NCBI GenBank assembly: GCA_024679065.1
Contig: JAGIQG010000043.1
Location: forward strand, 1,798,001 to 1,862,000
Length of the DNA: 64,000 bases
Origin: Sphyrna mokarran
Taxonomy: Eukaryota
Reading direction: 5' to 3'
The translations under genes were made by a program, and so were the position numbers. Of the stretch, positions 26,980 to 41,404 are shown one piece after another. The notes beneath the pieces were generated by a model. That model saw only the letters and a list, made by a program, of their open reading frames with translations. It searched no databases and was not told where the DNA came from. How positions within the stretch are numbered: the first letter of the stretch is position 1; every line of letters begins with the position of its first letter.

Positions 26980-27620
26980 AATAGAACATAGAACACTGCA
27001 GCACAAACAGGCCCTTCGGTCCACAAGCTGTGCCGAACACATCAAAACCTACCCAGCCATAGACCTATCTATAACCCCCAATCCCATTGGATCCCATATA
27101 CTCATCCAGAAGTCTTTTAAAAGACCCCAGCGAGTTCGCCTCGACCACCACCGACGGCAGCCGATTCCATTCCCTCACCACCCTCTGAGTGAAAAACTTT
27201 CCCCTAGCATCCCCTCTGTACTTGCTTCCCTGCACCTTAAATCTGTGCCATCTCGTCGCGACCATTTCAGCCCTGGGAAATAGTCTCTGAGAGTCCACCC
27301 TATCTATTCCTCTCAACATCTTGTAAACCTCTGTCAGGTCGCCTCTCAACCTTCGTCTCTCCAGGGAGAACAGTCCCAGCTCCCTCAACCTGTCTTCATT
27401 AGGCATGCCTCCCAGTCCCGGCAACATCCTTGTAAATCTCCTCTGCACCCTTTCAATAGCTTCCACGTCCTTCCTATAGTAATCTGGTACACCTCTATCA
27501 GGTCACCGCTCAGTCTTCTCTGATCCATCGAAAATGACTCAATCCTATCCAATTCTATAGCTTGAGTTTTCCATCCTAGCAGAATCCTGGTGAATCTCCT
27601 TTGCATCTCTTCCAGTGCAA
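26980..27620 (-). mobile_element. CR1 3' fragments
   Basis: ORF 27065-27466 (EAIERVQRRFTRMLP...FFTQRVV); tail. Confidence 0.9.
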
Positions 27621-28632
27621 TCAGGAAATGATTGGCGTTGAGAATGGATGTCTGAGTAAAGTGAATTGAGGGATGATTTAATGAAATCCTTGCATTCCTA
27701 TAGACAGAGTTATTCTGATGGATGAGAAGTTGAAAACTTCATGGAACGGGCGAACTGTCTTGAGCATGATAACTTTTCCCATCTCTTCCCTTCCCTTCAA
27801 AAGCAGGGAAGACATGATGATATCCGATAGAAATTTGCTGAGGCCACAGCTGGACTGCAGTGTGCAATTCTGGTTACCGAATTATCAGGAGGACGTGACT
27901 GTAGTTAGAGAACATGTTTTCATGGAAGTATTTAAATGAGAATGGGAAAGTAGATTACATGAACGGATTAAAAAAATGCCAGCAAACATGTTAATATAAA
28001 GTGATTTTGGGAATATAATCAGACGTTTTAGTTGGCATATCTCCAAATTAGCCGCTGATGATCAACTATGTCAATATTGCCTAGTCAGACGGAAGAACAC
28101 AAGCAATAGAAGCATCAGAAGGCCACTCCGCCCCTGTCGGCCGCTCCGCCATGCAAAAACATCATGGCTAATGTTCTATGAAGCATCCAGTTTTCCGCTC
28201 ATTATCCAACCCCATTAATCCACCAATGCCCTCAGCGCCATCTCACAGACTGATCATCTCTCTGGGGTACAAAAAAAGGAAGTAGAAATTTCAGAAAGCA
28301 AAACAGAAAACGTTTGGGAGGCCTGCCATAGATGAGTGATTAATTCGGTTTATAGAATCATAGAATCCTTATAGTACAGAAGGAGGTCATTCTGCTATTG
28401 CCCATGCTCCAACAAAAATCCCACCCAGACACTGCAATACCATAATTCCATCAATTTACCCTGATAATCCCTCTGACACTAGAAGAAATTTAGCACTGCC
28501 AATCCACCGAGTTTACACAACTTAGGAAACTAAGGGACAATATACACAACTAATCCAACTAACCTGCACATCCTTGGATGCCATGAGGCAAGTTAGCATG
28601 GCCAATCTATCTAACCTGCACATCGTCGCAAA

Positions 28633-31600
28633 TTGGAAGGAAGCTGGTGTTCTTGGAGAGTCATCAAAAGGAGTTATAGAGAACTGGGTAGGAAGCTGAG
28701 GAGGAGAAAAGCGAAGGCAGTAATTTCAGGATTGCTGCCTGCGCCTCGGGAGAATGACAGCAGGAATCAAATGAGGTGGAGGATGAATGCGTGGCTGAGG
28801 GACTGGAGCAGGGGGCAAGGATTCAGGTTGATAGATCATTGGGGCCTCTTTAAGGGCAGGTGTGACCTGTACAGTAAGAACGGGTGGCACTTGAACCCTC
28901 GGGGGACTAATATCTTGGCAGGTAGGCTAGCTAGGGCTACTGGGGAGTCTTTAAACTAGAAAAGCTCGGGGGTGGGAATACTGATGGGGTGGTGAATAAG
29001 GAGGTTAGTTCCCAGGTAGGGAAGGACTGTAGGCACCCTGAGAGGGGGGTTAGGCAGGTGGTGGAAAAGGGAAATATCCTGACTGAGGGCTGAGGTGTGT
29101 CTATTGTAATGTCAGGAGTCTAGTAAATAAGGTAAATGAGTTTAGGGCGTGGATTGCTGCTTGGGAGTGTGTTGCGGTGGCCATTACAGAGACTTGGTTG
29201 TCTCAGGGACAGGACTGGGTACTTCAGATGCCGGGACTCTGGTGCCTCAGGAGGGACAGGGTTGGAGGCAAAAGAGGAGGTGGTGTGACACTGTTGATCA
29301 GGGACAGTGTCATGGCTGTAGAGAAGGTGGAAGACGGGGAGGGGTTGTCTACGGAGTCTCTGTGGGTGCAAGTTAGGAACAGCAAAGGCTCAATAACTTT
29401 GCTGGGTGTATTCTACAGGCCGCCCAACAGCGGCAGGGACCTTGAGGTGCAGACAGGGAAACGGATCCTAGACAGATGTAGAAATAACAGGTTGCCATGA
29501 TGGGAGATTTCAATTTCCGAAACATCGACTGGAATATCCCAACGGTAAGAGGTTTGGATGGAGTGGAGTTTGATAGGTGTGTTCAGGAAGGTTTCCTGAC
29601 ACAGTACGTGGAACAGCCTACGAGAGGAGAGGGTGTACTTGACCTGGTGCTTGCTAATGAGCTCGGGCAGGTTTCGGATCTCACGGTAGGTGAGCATCTT
29701 GGGAATGGAGATCATAATTCTATTTCTTTCACGATAGCGATGGAAAGAGATAGGATCAGGCAGGCTAGGAAGGTGTATGTCTGGAGTAAGGGGAAATATG
29801 AAAACACTAGGCAGGTAATTGGACGCATAAACTGGAAGGGGGTATTCCTGGGGAAGAGTACAGAAGGAAAGTGGCGGTTTTTCAAGGAATGTTTGTCTAG
29901 GACACTGCAAGGCAACGTTCCGTGGAGTCATGGAGGTTCTGGTAGGACGCAGGAACCGTGGTGCACGAAGGTAGTGGCGAACCTAGTTACGAAGAAAAAA
30001 ATGGTATATAAAAGGTTCAGAGAGCTAGGGGATGTTAGGGATCTGGATGAGTATAAGGTGTGCAGAAGGGAACTTAGAAAGGAAATTAGGAGAGCCAGAA
30101 GGGGTCATGAGAAGGCTTGGCAGGTAAGATGAAGGAGAATCCCAAGGCCTTCTACAAATATGTGAAAAGTAAAAGGATGAGAAGAGAAGGGATAGGGCCT
30201 ATAAAAGGTGAAGGGGGAAAAGTCTGTGTGAATCCCGAAGAAATGGTAGAGTTGCTTAACAAGTATTTTGCCTCGGTATTCACGGTGGAAAGTGAACTGG
30301 GAGATTGCACTGCAGGTTTGCGGCATACCGAAAAGATTGAGTATGTGGATATTTTGAAAGACGATGTCTTAGACCTGTTAAATTCTATCAAGATAGACAA
30401 GTCGCCGGGACCGGATGACCCCAGGTTATTGTGGGAGTTGAGGGAAGCGGTTGCAGAGCCCCTGGCGATGATCTTTGCGTCGTCCATGGAAACGGGAGAG
30501 GTCCTGGAGAATTGGAGGATTGCAGATGTGGTTCCTATCTTTAAGAAAAGGAACAGGGATAGTCCAGGAAATTACCGACCAGTGAGTTTGACTTCAGTGG
30601 TTGGTAAGCTGATGGAGAGGCTTCTAAGGGATAAAATATATGAACATTTGGAGAAGTTTGGACTGATTAGAAATAGTCAGCATGGTTTTGTCAAGGGCAG
30701 GTCATGCCTTACGAGCCTAGTTGAGTTCTTCGAAAATGTGACTGAACACATTGACGAAGGAAGGGCGGTGGACGTAGTGTACATGGACTTTAGTAAGGCG
30801 TTTGATAAGGTCCCCCATGCAAGGCTTCTGGAGAAGGTGAGAGGGCATGGGATCCAAGGGGTTTTGGCCTCATGGATCCAGAACTGGCTTGCCGGCAGAA
30901 GGCAGAGAGTGGTTGTGGATGGGTCTTGTTCTGCATGGAGGTTGGTAACCAGTGGAGTGTCCCAGGGATCTGTTCTGGTACCCCTGCTGTTTGTCATTTT
31001 CATAAATGACCTGGATGAGGAGGTGGAGGGATGGGTTAGCAAGTTCGCCGATGATACAAAGATTGGTGGTGTTGTGGATGGTCTGTAGCGACGCCAAAAG
31101 TTGCAGCGGGGCATAGACAAGATGCAAGACTGGGCAGAGAAGTGGCAGATGGACTTCAACGCAGATAAATGTGTAGTGGTCCATTTTGGCTGGAATAATG
31201 GGATGAAGAAGTACTATATGAGGGTTCTTAGCTGTATTGTCGAGCAGAAGGATCTCCGGGTCCGGGACCATAGGACTCTTAAATCGGCCTCGCAGGTGGA
31301 GGAAGTGGTCAAGCAAGCGTACGATGTACTGGCCTTCATTAATCGAGGAATAGAACTTAGGAGTCAGGAGGTAATGATGCAGCTGTATAAGACTCTTGTC
31401 AGACCCCAGTTGGAGTATTGTGCGCAGTTCTGGTCGCCTCATTATACGAAGGATGTAGAGGCTATTGAGAGGGTTCAGAGGAGATTTACAAGGATGCTGC
31501 CTGGATTGGGAGGCAGGCCTTATGAAGATAGGTTGAGGGAGCTGGGACTCTTCTCACTGGAGAGACGTAGGTTGAGAGGCGACCTGATAGAGGTTTATAA

Positions 31601-31935
31601 AATGTTGAGAGGAATAGATAGGGTGGACTCTCAGAGACTATTTCCCGAGCTGAAATGATCACGACGAGAGGACGCAGATTTAAGGTGCAGGGAAGCAAAT
31701 ACAAAGGAAATGTCAGAGGTAGGTTTTTCACTCAGAGCGTGGTGAGTGAATGGAACCGAATGCCGTCCCATGTTGTTGAGGCAAACTCACTGGGGTCTTT
31801 TAAGAGACTTCTGGATGAGTGTATGGAAAAGAATAGGATAGGGGGTTATAGATAGGTTTGTGGATTGGTAGATGTGATCGGCACAACTCGTGGGCCGAAG
31901 GGCCTGTTTGTGCTGTATTGCTCTAGGTTCTATTT
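28633..31935 (+). mobile_element. CR1 LINE with the C-terminal part of ORF1 (SGNH esterase-like) and a frameshifted ORF2
   Basis: 28633-28959 (VISGLLP...WHLNPRGTNILA, CR1 ORF1 esterase); 29177-30132 APE; 30117-31088 RT; 31101-31855 C-terminus; tail. Confidence 0.95.
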
Positions 31936-33820
31936 AAAAGAATGGTTGGAATGCGAGTCTTTACAGGTAATCAAGTCTTAAAGGTACAGACAATGTGAGT
32001 GGTGAGAGGGTTAAGCACAGGTTAAAGAGATGTGTATTGTCTCCAGCCAGGTCTTTTTGTGAGATTTTACATGTCTCGTTGTAAATGCGGGATCACTTTT
32101 AACATTTAAGAGAAACTTGGACGGCTTCATGGATGAGAGGAGTGTGGAGGGATATGATCCAATTGCAGGTCAGTGAAACTAGGCAAAAAATGGTTCAGCA
32201 CAGACAAGAAGGGCCAAAAGGTCTGCTCCTGAGCTGTAAATTTTCTATGCTTTAAATGGTTTCTAAGTCCAGACAAGGCGTGGGAATTACGAATGATGCA
32301 GGCTCAATTTTGTATGAAACAGTCTTCCCACTAACAGATCCGCTGGAACAACACTTGTTGGTGTGTCCCTTGTTCACCCGCAATCGAGCATAAAACGTGC
32401 CATCCAGTCTCCTAAGTATGCAACCAGTTGCTTTGTCATACAATCATTGAAGTCTTGAACCATACGTTCCACCAGCCTTTGATCGAAAATTGATCATGTG
32501 CTGCTAAAATATGTTGGTAATCTTTGGAAAGCATGCATTGCTAGGAATCATTGCTAGTAAAGTTCTAGCCGTTTGTGGGAACCACCATCCTGGTATTCCA
32601 TATACACTGGCACCTTGACATTAAACCTAGATCACAGCCTGGGAAGTAGTGTAGTCCTCTCGGGGCACTTGCAACACCTTAAAGCAGGAGTGCACCATGA
32701 TTAAATCCAAGGAGCTCATAAATGTCCACAGGTACTCATGGCCCTTCCAGAGCACTCCCAGGTGTGTAGGAAAGCTAAGGGGAGGCGTATTTGATTTTCT
32801 TGCTACCGACCACCAACGGTGATAACAACATCACGAAGATATACCGGACGTAGCTTCAAACCAACATGTCATTTCAAATAATCTCAGGGTGACCCTTATT
32901 TCGTTGCGTTAATTTGGAGGCCGTGCTGGGGGCGGAAAAATAATCGCATGCCCGAGGAGTAATCCCGTCCTCAGCTTCCTTAATGATGTACAGTTTCATT
33001 TCTTCAGAGGGTGGTCCTTCCGATCCGCCGTGCAGGATCACTGACTAATTTTATATAAGATAGAATCATTAATTCTATTAGAGGCGTTAATTTGTACTCC
33101 TACCACTGGAAAGGTCCCCACAATATTTAGACTCTTCATTATCCCCTCCCAATGCTGGTAAGTGGGCCAGGCTTATGGCAACCAGAGATGTTGCAATGCA
33201 TCAACATTAACTATCTGGATTCTAGATCGCTGTTCCTGATGATGTTTGTAGGCTGACAATAAAGTAGAGCCATATCAGGACAGAGACTCTGGGGAGAAAG
33301 GGCGGTGGGACTGGTGGTCGGTGGAGAAGGAGTGTGGAAGTACGTTATCAACTTGTAGAGGCCTAATAGGTGTTAGAAAGAACAAACAGCAACACCGCAC
33401 GGGAAAGAGTCCCTTCTGCAGAATGAACCCACGCCACCATTTTAACATTGTGAGTGCCATCTTCTACTCATGACATTCTTCTACGTCTATTGGGGAAGAT
33501 TTAGGGAAGGTTAATTTAGGGACAATGTGATAACACCAATTAAATAAATCATCTGAAACTGTTGATGGAAGCTCTGGACACCAAATACAGCCCCAGCTCC
33601 GACAAATGTTTACCCAGAACCGTGAGCACAGAAACGTTGCTCGTATTCTCCCTCCACTGATGCTGTCAGACCTGCTTTTATTTCAGATTCCAGCCAATTT
33701 ATTAGAACTGGCTTAACAACTCTCCTCGACTCTCGCAATCTGTGGGGTTGGCTTATTTTCCCATCACCTTTTGAAAATTCATTCTGTTGGCTATTTATAG
33801 CAGAAATCACAACCGCAGCC

Positions 33821-33871
33821 ATTTTCTCAACTGTAGAATTACTAATTTCCTCAGTCTGCTCAGATGCAGAC
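33821..33871 (+). pseudogene. possible decayed leader exon (paralog D)
   Basis: TATA-like ctatttatag, gccATT (possibly a mutated ATG), LLI/FLSLLRCR with one indel, c|gtaagt donor; lies upstream of the V remnant at 36.5 kb. Confidence 0.25.
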
Positions 33872-33884
33872 GTAAGTCACAAAG

Positions 33885-35115
33885 CCCTATCATAGCAGAT
33901 GTCACCATGGTAGATGCCAGATCAGCCTTCTCGAAGGTGAACCTACGGAAAGCAATAGACCGGGATGGGGTACCAGGATGAGCACTTAGATCCTATGCCA
34001 ATCAACAGGCGGGAACATTCGCAGACATCTTCAGTCTCCCTTTCCAACAGCCTGAGATCCCTATCTGCTTCAAGAAGACAATCATCAACCCACTACCAAA
34101 GTAAAGCCTTAATAAAGCGTGAGGACCCTATCTGCTTCTAGAAGACAATCACCAACCCACTACCAAAGTAAAGCCTTAATAAAGCGTGAGGTCCCTGTCT
34201 GCTTCTAGAGGACAATCACTACCAAAGCGTGTCTTAATAGCGATCCTCAGGTTGCTCTGACATCCATCACTATGAAGATCTTTGAAAGGCTAGTCATGAC
34301 ATAATCAATTCCAGCTTCCCAGACTGCCAGGATGCACGACCGTTTGCCTACAGTCGCATGAGATCCGCACAGAAGCCATCTCCCTGACCCTGTACTCAAC
34401 TCTGGAACTTCGAGATAACAAAGGGACCTATGGCAGGTTCATTTTCATTGACTACCGCTCAGCCTCAACACCATTATTCCTACAGAGCACATCTCCAAGC
34501 TCAATGGCCTGGGCCACGCCCCCTCCCTCTGTAACTGAACTCCCTAACCCATAGAGCACAATAAGTAAAAATAGGCAACAACACTTGCTCCGATGATGCT
34601 CAGCATCGGTGCCCTGCGAGACTGTGTTCTCAGCCCCCTACTATACTCCTTATGTATCTATGACTATGTGGCCAAATTCCCCTCAAACCCCATTTTCAAG
34701 TTTGTTGATGACATCACGGTCATGAGTCGGATCTCAAATAATGATGAGACAGAATACAGGAATGAGATAAAGAATCTCGTGGACTGATGCGGCAATAACT
34801 ATCTCTCCCTCACTGTCAACAAAACGAAGAAGATTGTCAGTGACTTCAGGAAGTGTAGCAGAGAACTTGCCCCAGTCTATATAAGTGGGTACGAATTTAA
34901 ACGAGACAAGACCATTCCTGACATAGCTTTTCTGCTATCATCAGATTTTGAATAGACCATCCTTGCATCCAGTTGTACTTTCCCTACACTCTAGCTCTGA
35001 CTGTAACACTGCTATCTCACCCTCTCCTTTCATTCTCTAGTGCTTTGTCCGTAGAGCGCATTTGAAACAATATTTTTCACTATATGCTCATACATGTGAC
35101 AATAATAAATCCAAT
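33885..35115 (+). mobile_element. decayed non-CR1 LINE RT fragment (Rex1/Babar-like) with an internal short tandem duplication
   Basis: RKAIDRDGVPG, CFKKTII, CVLSPLLYSL..D..AK, KFVDDITV, LSLTVNKTK; 3' tail tgtgacaataataaatc. Confidence 0.6.
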
Positions 35116-35119
35116 CAAC

Positions 35120-36010
35120 ACATAGACCCGCACACAGCTAGAATCTCTCTGCCTCTCTTACTCATACACAGGCTCGCACAGCCGAAATCTCTCTGCCTCC
35201 CTCACATACACACGCACAGACCCACACACAAGCAGAATTTCTCTCGCACACAGGCATAACCAGGGTCATTCTCGCTGTCTGAATCACAAGCACACACGTG
35301 TAAACAGGCGAATGCACACACCTTTGCCAATGTACTTTCTGTTAGATACTGTCAGAATAACACAACCAAGTATACGCGTCCGTGCGCGCACACACACACA
35401 GACACACACGCACACACACACACACACATACACACACACACAGCCATAATCTTTATCGTTCTCTCTCCCCATCACGCAAACATAGTGTTATCAATCTACC
35501 CTTTGCTTGATAATGTTAGAATTACACACCCCCGCAGACACAGAGACAGCCACAATTTATCTGTCTATCTGCCTGTCTTTTTCTTTCACAGACACATGTA
35601 CACACAAAGAAACACACAGGCCTTTACCAATCTACCCTTTGCTGGAAAATGTCAGAATAACACACAAATACATACACAAAATATGCACACACATAGCAAC
35701 ATCTCTCTCTCTCTCATTCTCTGTCACAGACACACACAGACACAGATACAGACACACACACACACAAAACATAAACACGCATGCACCAATTCAGCCTTTC
35801 CTGATAATATCAGAATCACATGCCCACGCAGACACACAGATAGCCAGAATTCCTCTCAACCTTTCTCTCTGTTTCTCTTACCCTCTCGTACACAGAAGTA
35901 CAGACACCTTAACCAATCTACCCTCTGCTGGGTAACGTCAGAAACACACACACACACACACGCACACACGCACACACACACACACATACCCACACACACA
36001 CACACACCTT
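35120..36010. repeat. (CA)n/(CT)n low-complexity region with degenerate longer repeats
   Basis: Directly visible CA tracts; recurring ccctttgctg...gtcagaat. Confidence 0.9.
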
Positions 36011-36489
36011 TAACGCTCTTCCCACTACTGGATGATGTCAGGAATGGACATTTACAAATTCACAATCTCTGCTAGGACTGTCAGAATTTCATTGGACGCG
36101 ATATTACCGGAAACAACTTTGCTTAACGTTATTTTGTTGTGTGTTGAGAGTATCACACGCGTTTCACATCACATTGAAAGTAAGATTTCAGTCTCCACTA
36201 GCAGTGGTTCCATTCTTATCGAATCCATTTGTGATTCGCCTATCTTGAATTAGCAGCGTTTTCAATACAGCAACACCCACCTCTCAGTAAAGAGTCCGGT
36301 GCTGCCACCCCGCCCTCAACCTGTAAAACATTTCGTATTAGGGAAATACATAAATATAGAAATTAGATTCGTATCAGTTTATTCATTGGGCATCAAACAC
36401 ATATCTGTTCTCACTGGGGATGATGATTAATGAGAAAATAATTAAAATTGGATTAAATAAGATTACTTTTCAAATTAAAATATCTAGTC

Positions 36490-36700
36490 AGAAAACGGGA
36501 CTGTTTGACTGTTAGACTGGACCAATCAATCCAAGTAGACAGTTCTTCTGTTTATCTGTCTTCTGTTTATCTCTGCCGTCCCATGTTGAAAGGGAAATGT
36601 TCTCAATTCCTCACAGATCATTACTTCAAAAAAAGTGGAAACCGGTTTTCTGGCTCCCCTAGTGGTGAGAAAAGTTGCTCTGTCTGGGTATTACTGAAAA
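36490..36700 (+). pseudogene. decayed Ig V-set exon (paralog D)
   Basis: ENGTV/RLDQSIQVDSSSVYL...KGKCSQFL...GNRFSGSPSG...then shifted tct ggg tat tac tga (SGYY*); first Cys and Trp lost; small internal duplications. Confidence 0.45.
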
Positions 36701-36769
36701 AAAAACTTCTTGCGGGTTAGGAGGGTCAAGCTAACTTCTTGTTGTTTTGAATAACAGCGTCTCCTAATG

Positions 36770-37570
36770 ACACACACAAACACACACATACAAATTCATA
36801 CACTGACTCATGGTCTCTCTCTCTTGTAGTGACACGCACACATACACACATATACACACACACATACACATTCTCTCTGGCTCTCACACACACACACCCA
36901 CAGACACTCACAAACACTTGCACATTCACTTATACATTCACACACACGCATTCATACAGACAGACACACACACACACACACAAATATACATACACAAATA
37001 CATACACATATGATGTCTTTCTCTCTCCCTCTCTTTCTCTCTGTCTTTGTCTCTCTCTCTCTCTGTCTCCCACACACACACACACAGAAACATACTGATA
37101 AGAAAATATTAGATGAGAGAGGCATCAGTGTCGGCACAGACTTGGTGGGCCAAATGGTTTGTTTCTGTACTGTAATATTCTTTGTTCTTTGTTCACACTC
37201 ATGCACACAAATACACTGATACACACATGTTCACATACGCACACACACACTCTCTCTCTCACTGTTAAACATATATAAACGCATACATACACACTCATGC
37301 ACTTAAACACACTCTCAAACGCACTCACATTCTGACACACAGACACACACTCATACATTTATACACACTAATGCCCACATTTATAGACCCTCAGACAAAA
37401 AAACAGACATACACTCGCGCATATACACACAGACAAATTCATACACTTTAACACACACACACGCACACACACTTACATATTAAGCTGATTCACTGACACA
37501 CACGCTTACTCACACTTTCTCACCTATAAACACACTCTCTCATACACTGACACACACTCGAACACTTACA
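36770..37570. repeat. (CA)n-rich low-complexity tract
   Basis: Directly visible. Confidence 0.9.
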
Positions 37571-40500
37571 CTTAATGTTTGCGAAATGTCACATAGAATC
37601 CCTCAGTTTATTAATTGAGGCATTTAGTCTTTCATCCATCAATTGGGATAAGCACATATGAAACATTACTTGCATATATTTTCCACGTTCCCTTCAGTTC
37701 CCAACACCAAACTTCTGGAATGATATTAGCATTTTCAGAAAATTCCTGAACATATTAGAGGAGAGCAATGCCAGTCAAAGTAGAACGTTTGGGGAAGTCG
37801 ATACTGAGTTGACATTGCTCTCCTGAGAACAGAGAAACTTGGGTGGAGATATGGAAGAGATGTGGAACACCATGGAAGCGGTGTCTGAGGGAGGGAACAT
37901 TTAATCGTAAAATACTCAGCATAAGGATATTGAGCAGCTAATATTTTAATATAAGTTATAAGGACGAAATGGGCATTTAAATAATGTAGTAAAGATATTT
38001 TCAAGTTGAATGGCTAATAAGCCTGCTAGTATTAAATTGCATAACTTAAGGTCTGATTGTGTCAGTAAGTTAGCTAAAACAAATAGAACCAGAATGATAG
38101 TGGGATAGCTTGATCTTGAGTTTGGACACCGCTCGGCACAACATCGAAGGGCCGAAGCACTTATGTAGACTGTTCTATAGTCTACATAACTTAAACTTGG
38201 GATGATTACGAAATCGGGCATTGATTAAATGGACAAATAATGTAATTTTGTATTGGGTACAGAGACTTCAACCTGGGAATTCTGCCGGATGATCGAGCCC
38301 TCCTCCAGCAGATCATTTAGATTTGATTTCCCCACAGAACGCGGAGTATTGAAATTATTGTTAGGTATTGCTAAAGAACAAGGAAGCCATTTCGTTTAAG
38401 GAGTGAACCCACTTAGCAGTGTTATCAGACGGGAATATGGATTTCAGATAATGTTCTTTCAGGGTTAATTACCAATATCCAATTGAATGTCCAAAACTAG
38501 GGTAGATCCAGTTAAGTATGGGGCACGTGCGTCACATTTAATCTTGCAGATTGCATATTCAGGAAGCAGAAATCCCAAACCAGTTGCTCACATTAATCTT
38601 CTACCTTTAATACCATCTCCAACGCAAACAAACACACACTAAAAATGCTTCTGTAAATTAGCCGAAGAGCCGCTGGAAACATATTTGTTCCAAATCTTCA
38701 CAGCAGCGGAATCACACAGGTAACATTTCGTATTGAAAACCTTCTTCTATATTTAGTTAACACGGATATTGATACACTTTTAACTATTTCTTGCACAATT
38801 ACAATAGTAAATGCAGAATAGAATTTTAAAACCCGCTATCAGAAATTAGAAGCATTGTGAGGTGAAATTACACTGCCGGCGATATTCCATCTTGGAATGG
38901 TGGACATTAACAGAAAGTTCATTTTCGCTTTGGTCGCCATCATAATATTGAGCCCCCAGTCCGTCCGAATTCGCACCGGCCGCACTTTCGGAATTCTCCT
39001 TGCAAAAATAAGAATGTTTCCACGACACTATAAATCTAGGAAACACGCGGTGAGTTCTCTCTGTCCCTCTCTTTTCTCTGTGGTTAAAATTTTGGGTGCT
39101 CGTTAAAGACCAGGCGAGCGTAAAGTGTCTGTGGATGAAAAGTGATCTGTTCGCGTGATACACACCATTATTATAGTGACAGGTGAGATCATTGAGTCCC
39201 CCCAATCCTCCGCCTCCCCCCACTCCGTTCAATCGGTTCATGGCTGCAAGGTAACTCAACTCACAGTCACCCACTAATATTGAATAATCCTTAATCCCTC
39301 GCGAATATAAATCTAACTGTCGCATCTCTGGTGTTCCAATTGCCCAATGCTTTATACAGCTTTTTATTGACCAGAATTCCGCCTCGCGTTCTGTGAAGAT
39401 TTATTATTGTCACATATGTGAGTATGCATTGAAATGTAATGATTCTTGCCCAGTGGACAGACAAAGTGTACCGTGTAAGGAGAATGAAAGGAGAAGGTGC
39501 AGATTATAGTGTTACAGTGATAGCTAGGCTGTAGAGCAAGTTCAACTTAATATGAGTCAAGTCCATTATAATGTCTGATGGCAGCAGGGAAGAAGCTATC
39601 ATTGCGTGACCTCAGAGTTACACATACTTTTCCCGAAGGAAGAAGGTGAAGAAATAAAACCTATCCAGGGTGCGTGGGGTCCTTGATGATGGTGATTGTT
39701 TATATAGAAACATAGAAGATACCAGCAGGGAGAGCTTATTTGGCCCTTCGAGTCTGCTCCAGCATTCGTTATGATAATGAATGATCGTCCAGCCCAATCG
39801 TCTAATCCTACTTTCTTCCCATAACCTTCGCTCTCAAGTGCTGTATCCAGCCGCCTGTTAAGTACATTCAATGTTTTGTCATCAACAACTTCCTGTGGTA
39901 ATGAATTCCACAGGCTTACCGAGTGAAGAAATGTCTCCTCACCTCTGTCCTAAATGGTCTATCCCAAAACCTCAAACAGTGATCTCTGTTTCTGGACTCC
40001 CCCAACTATCAGGAACATCCTTCCTGTATTTACTCTGTTTAGCCCTGATACAATTTTATAAGTCTCTGTGAAATCACCCCCCCCCCATTCGTCTGAACTC
40101 CAGTGAAAACAATTTTAACCTATCTCTCCTCATACATCTATCCCGCCAATCCTAGAGTGAGCCTGGTAAACCTTCGCTGCACTCCCTCCAGAGCCAGAAT
40201 ATCCTTCTAAAGTGAATGCATTTGGTATGTCTCCTGCTCTGTCCAAGACTACAAGAACTGGTCTAGTCCCATTATTCAAACCAGCCTCCCCTCCATTGAC
40301 TCTGTCTACACGTCCTGTTGCCTCTGGGAAAAGCAGCCAACAGAATCAAGGGCCCCGCCCCCCCTCCCACACGCAGCCCGGACATTCTGTCTTCCACCTT
40401 CTTCCATCGGGAATAAGATACAAAAGTCTGAGGTCAAGTACCAAACGACTCAAGAACAGGTTCTTCCGTGCTGCTGTCAGGCTTCTGAAAGGTCCTACCT

Positions 40501-40579
40501 CGCACTAAGTTGATCTTTCTGTCTTTCTCTGCACCCTGGATATGATTGTAGCACTATATTCTCCACTCTCTCCTTTACT

Positions 40580-41150
40580 TCTCAATGAACGGTATGCTTT
40601 CTCTATGTAGTGCGCAAGAAGCAATACTTTTCACTGTATTCCATACATGTGACAATAATAATCCAACATTATGTACTCAATGAACGGTGTGCTTTGTATA
40701 GCGAACAAGAAACAATAGTTTTCACTGTACTGCAATGCATGTGACAATAATAAACCAAACCTATGTACTCAATGAACGGTATGCTTTGTCTGTGTAGCGC
40801 ACAACAACAATGCTTTTCACTGAATCCCAACACATGTGCCAATAATAAATCCAATCTATGTACTCTGTGAATGGTATGCTTTGGCTGTGTAGTGTGCAAA
40901 AAACAGTACTTTTCACTGTCTCCCAATGTATGTGCCAATAAAAAAATCAAATATACGTACTCTATAAACGCTTTGTCGCTACAGCGCCTAAGAAAGAATA
41001 CTTTTCACTGTATCCCAATACATGTGACAATAACAAACCAAATCTATGTACTCTATGAATGGTATGCTTTGTCTGTATAGTAGACAAGAATCAATTCTTT
41101 TCACTGTATCCCAATACACGTGACAATAATAAATCAAATCAAATCAAATA
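40580..41150 (+). repeat. ~95-bp tandem array derived from a LINE 3' tail
   Basis: tatgtactc starts at 40670, 40762 and 40857; unit contains tactttcactgtatcccaatacatgtgacaataataaatc. Confidence 0.85.
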
Positions 41151-41345
41151 TTCCATGAATGAATTAAACAAAAAAGCTAACTTGACAGAAGTTATTCGGC
41201 CTCGAAGCTTTCTCTGTCTATGGAAGCCGCCAGGCTTGTTGACGTTTTCTAGAATTTTCTGTGTTCATTGTCAATTCTAAACCGCGGATTAATAATTAAT
41301 TAAAAGTATCCGTGCGGTATGTAAAAAAAAATTCCATTCATTCAC

Positions 41346-41404
41346 CTCTTTATTCTGTTTGCGTTCTCTGGATTCTGTCAGTTCCTCATCGCTGTTCGCG
41401 GTTC
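41346..41404 (-). CDS. cytoplasmic exon 1 of gene C (GTANSDEELTESRERKQNKE)
   Basis: ctttctatcag|GA ACC...GAG|gtgaat; 59 nt; paralogous copies at 4557 and 24138. Confidence 0.75.

Noticed and set aside
36281-36320. Small minus-strand exon (ttttacag|GTTGAG...GAG|gtgggt, VEGGVAAPDSLLR) as cytoplasmic exon 2 of gene C
   Set aside because: Splice signals and phase fit, but there is no paralogous support and no recognisable motif; cannot be supported without transcripts.
35284-37358. His/Thr-rich and Cys/Val-rich ORFs
   Set aside because: Translations of (CA)n/(TG)n low-complexity DNA.
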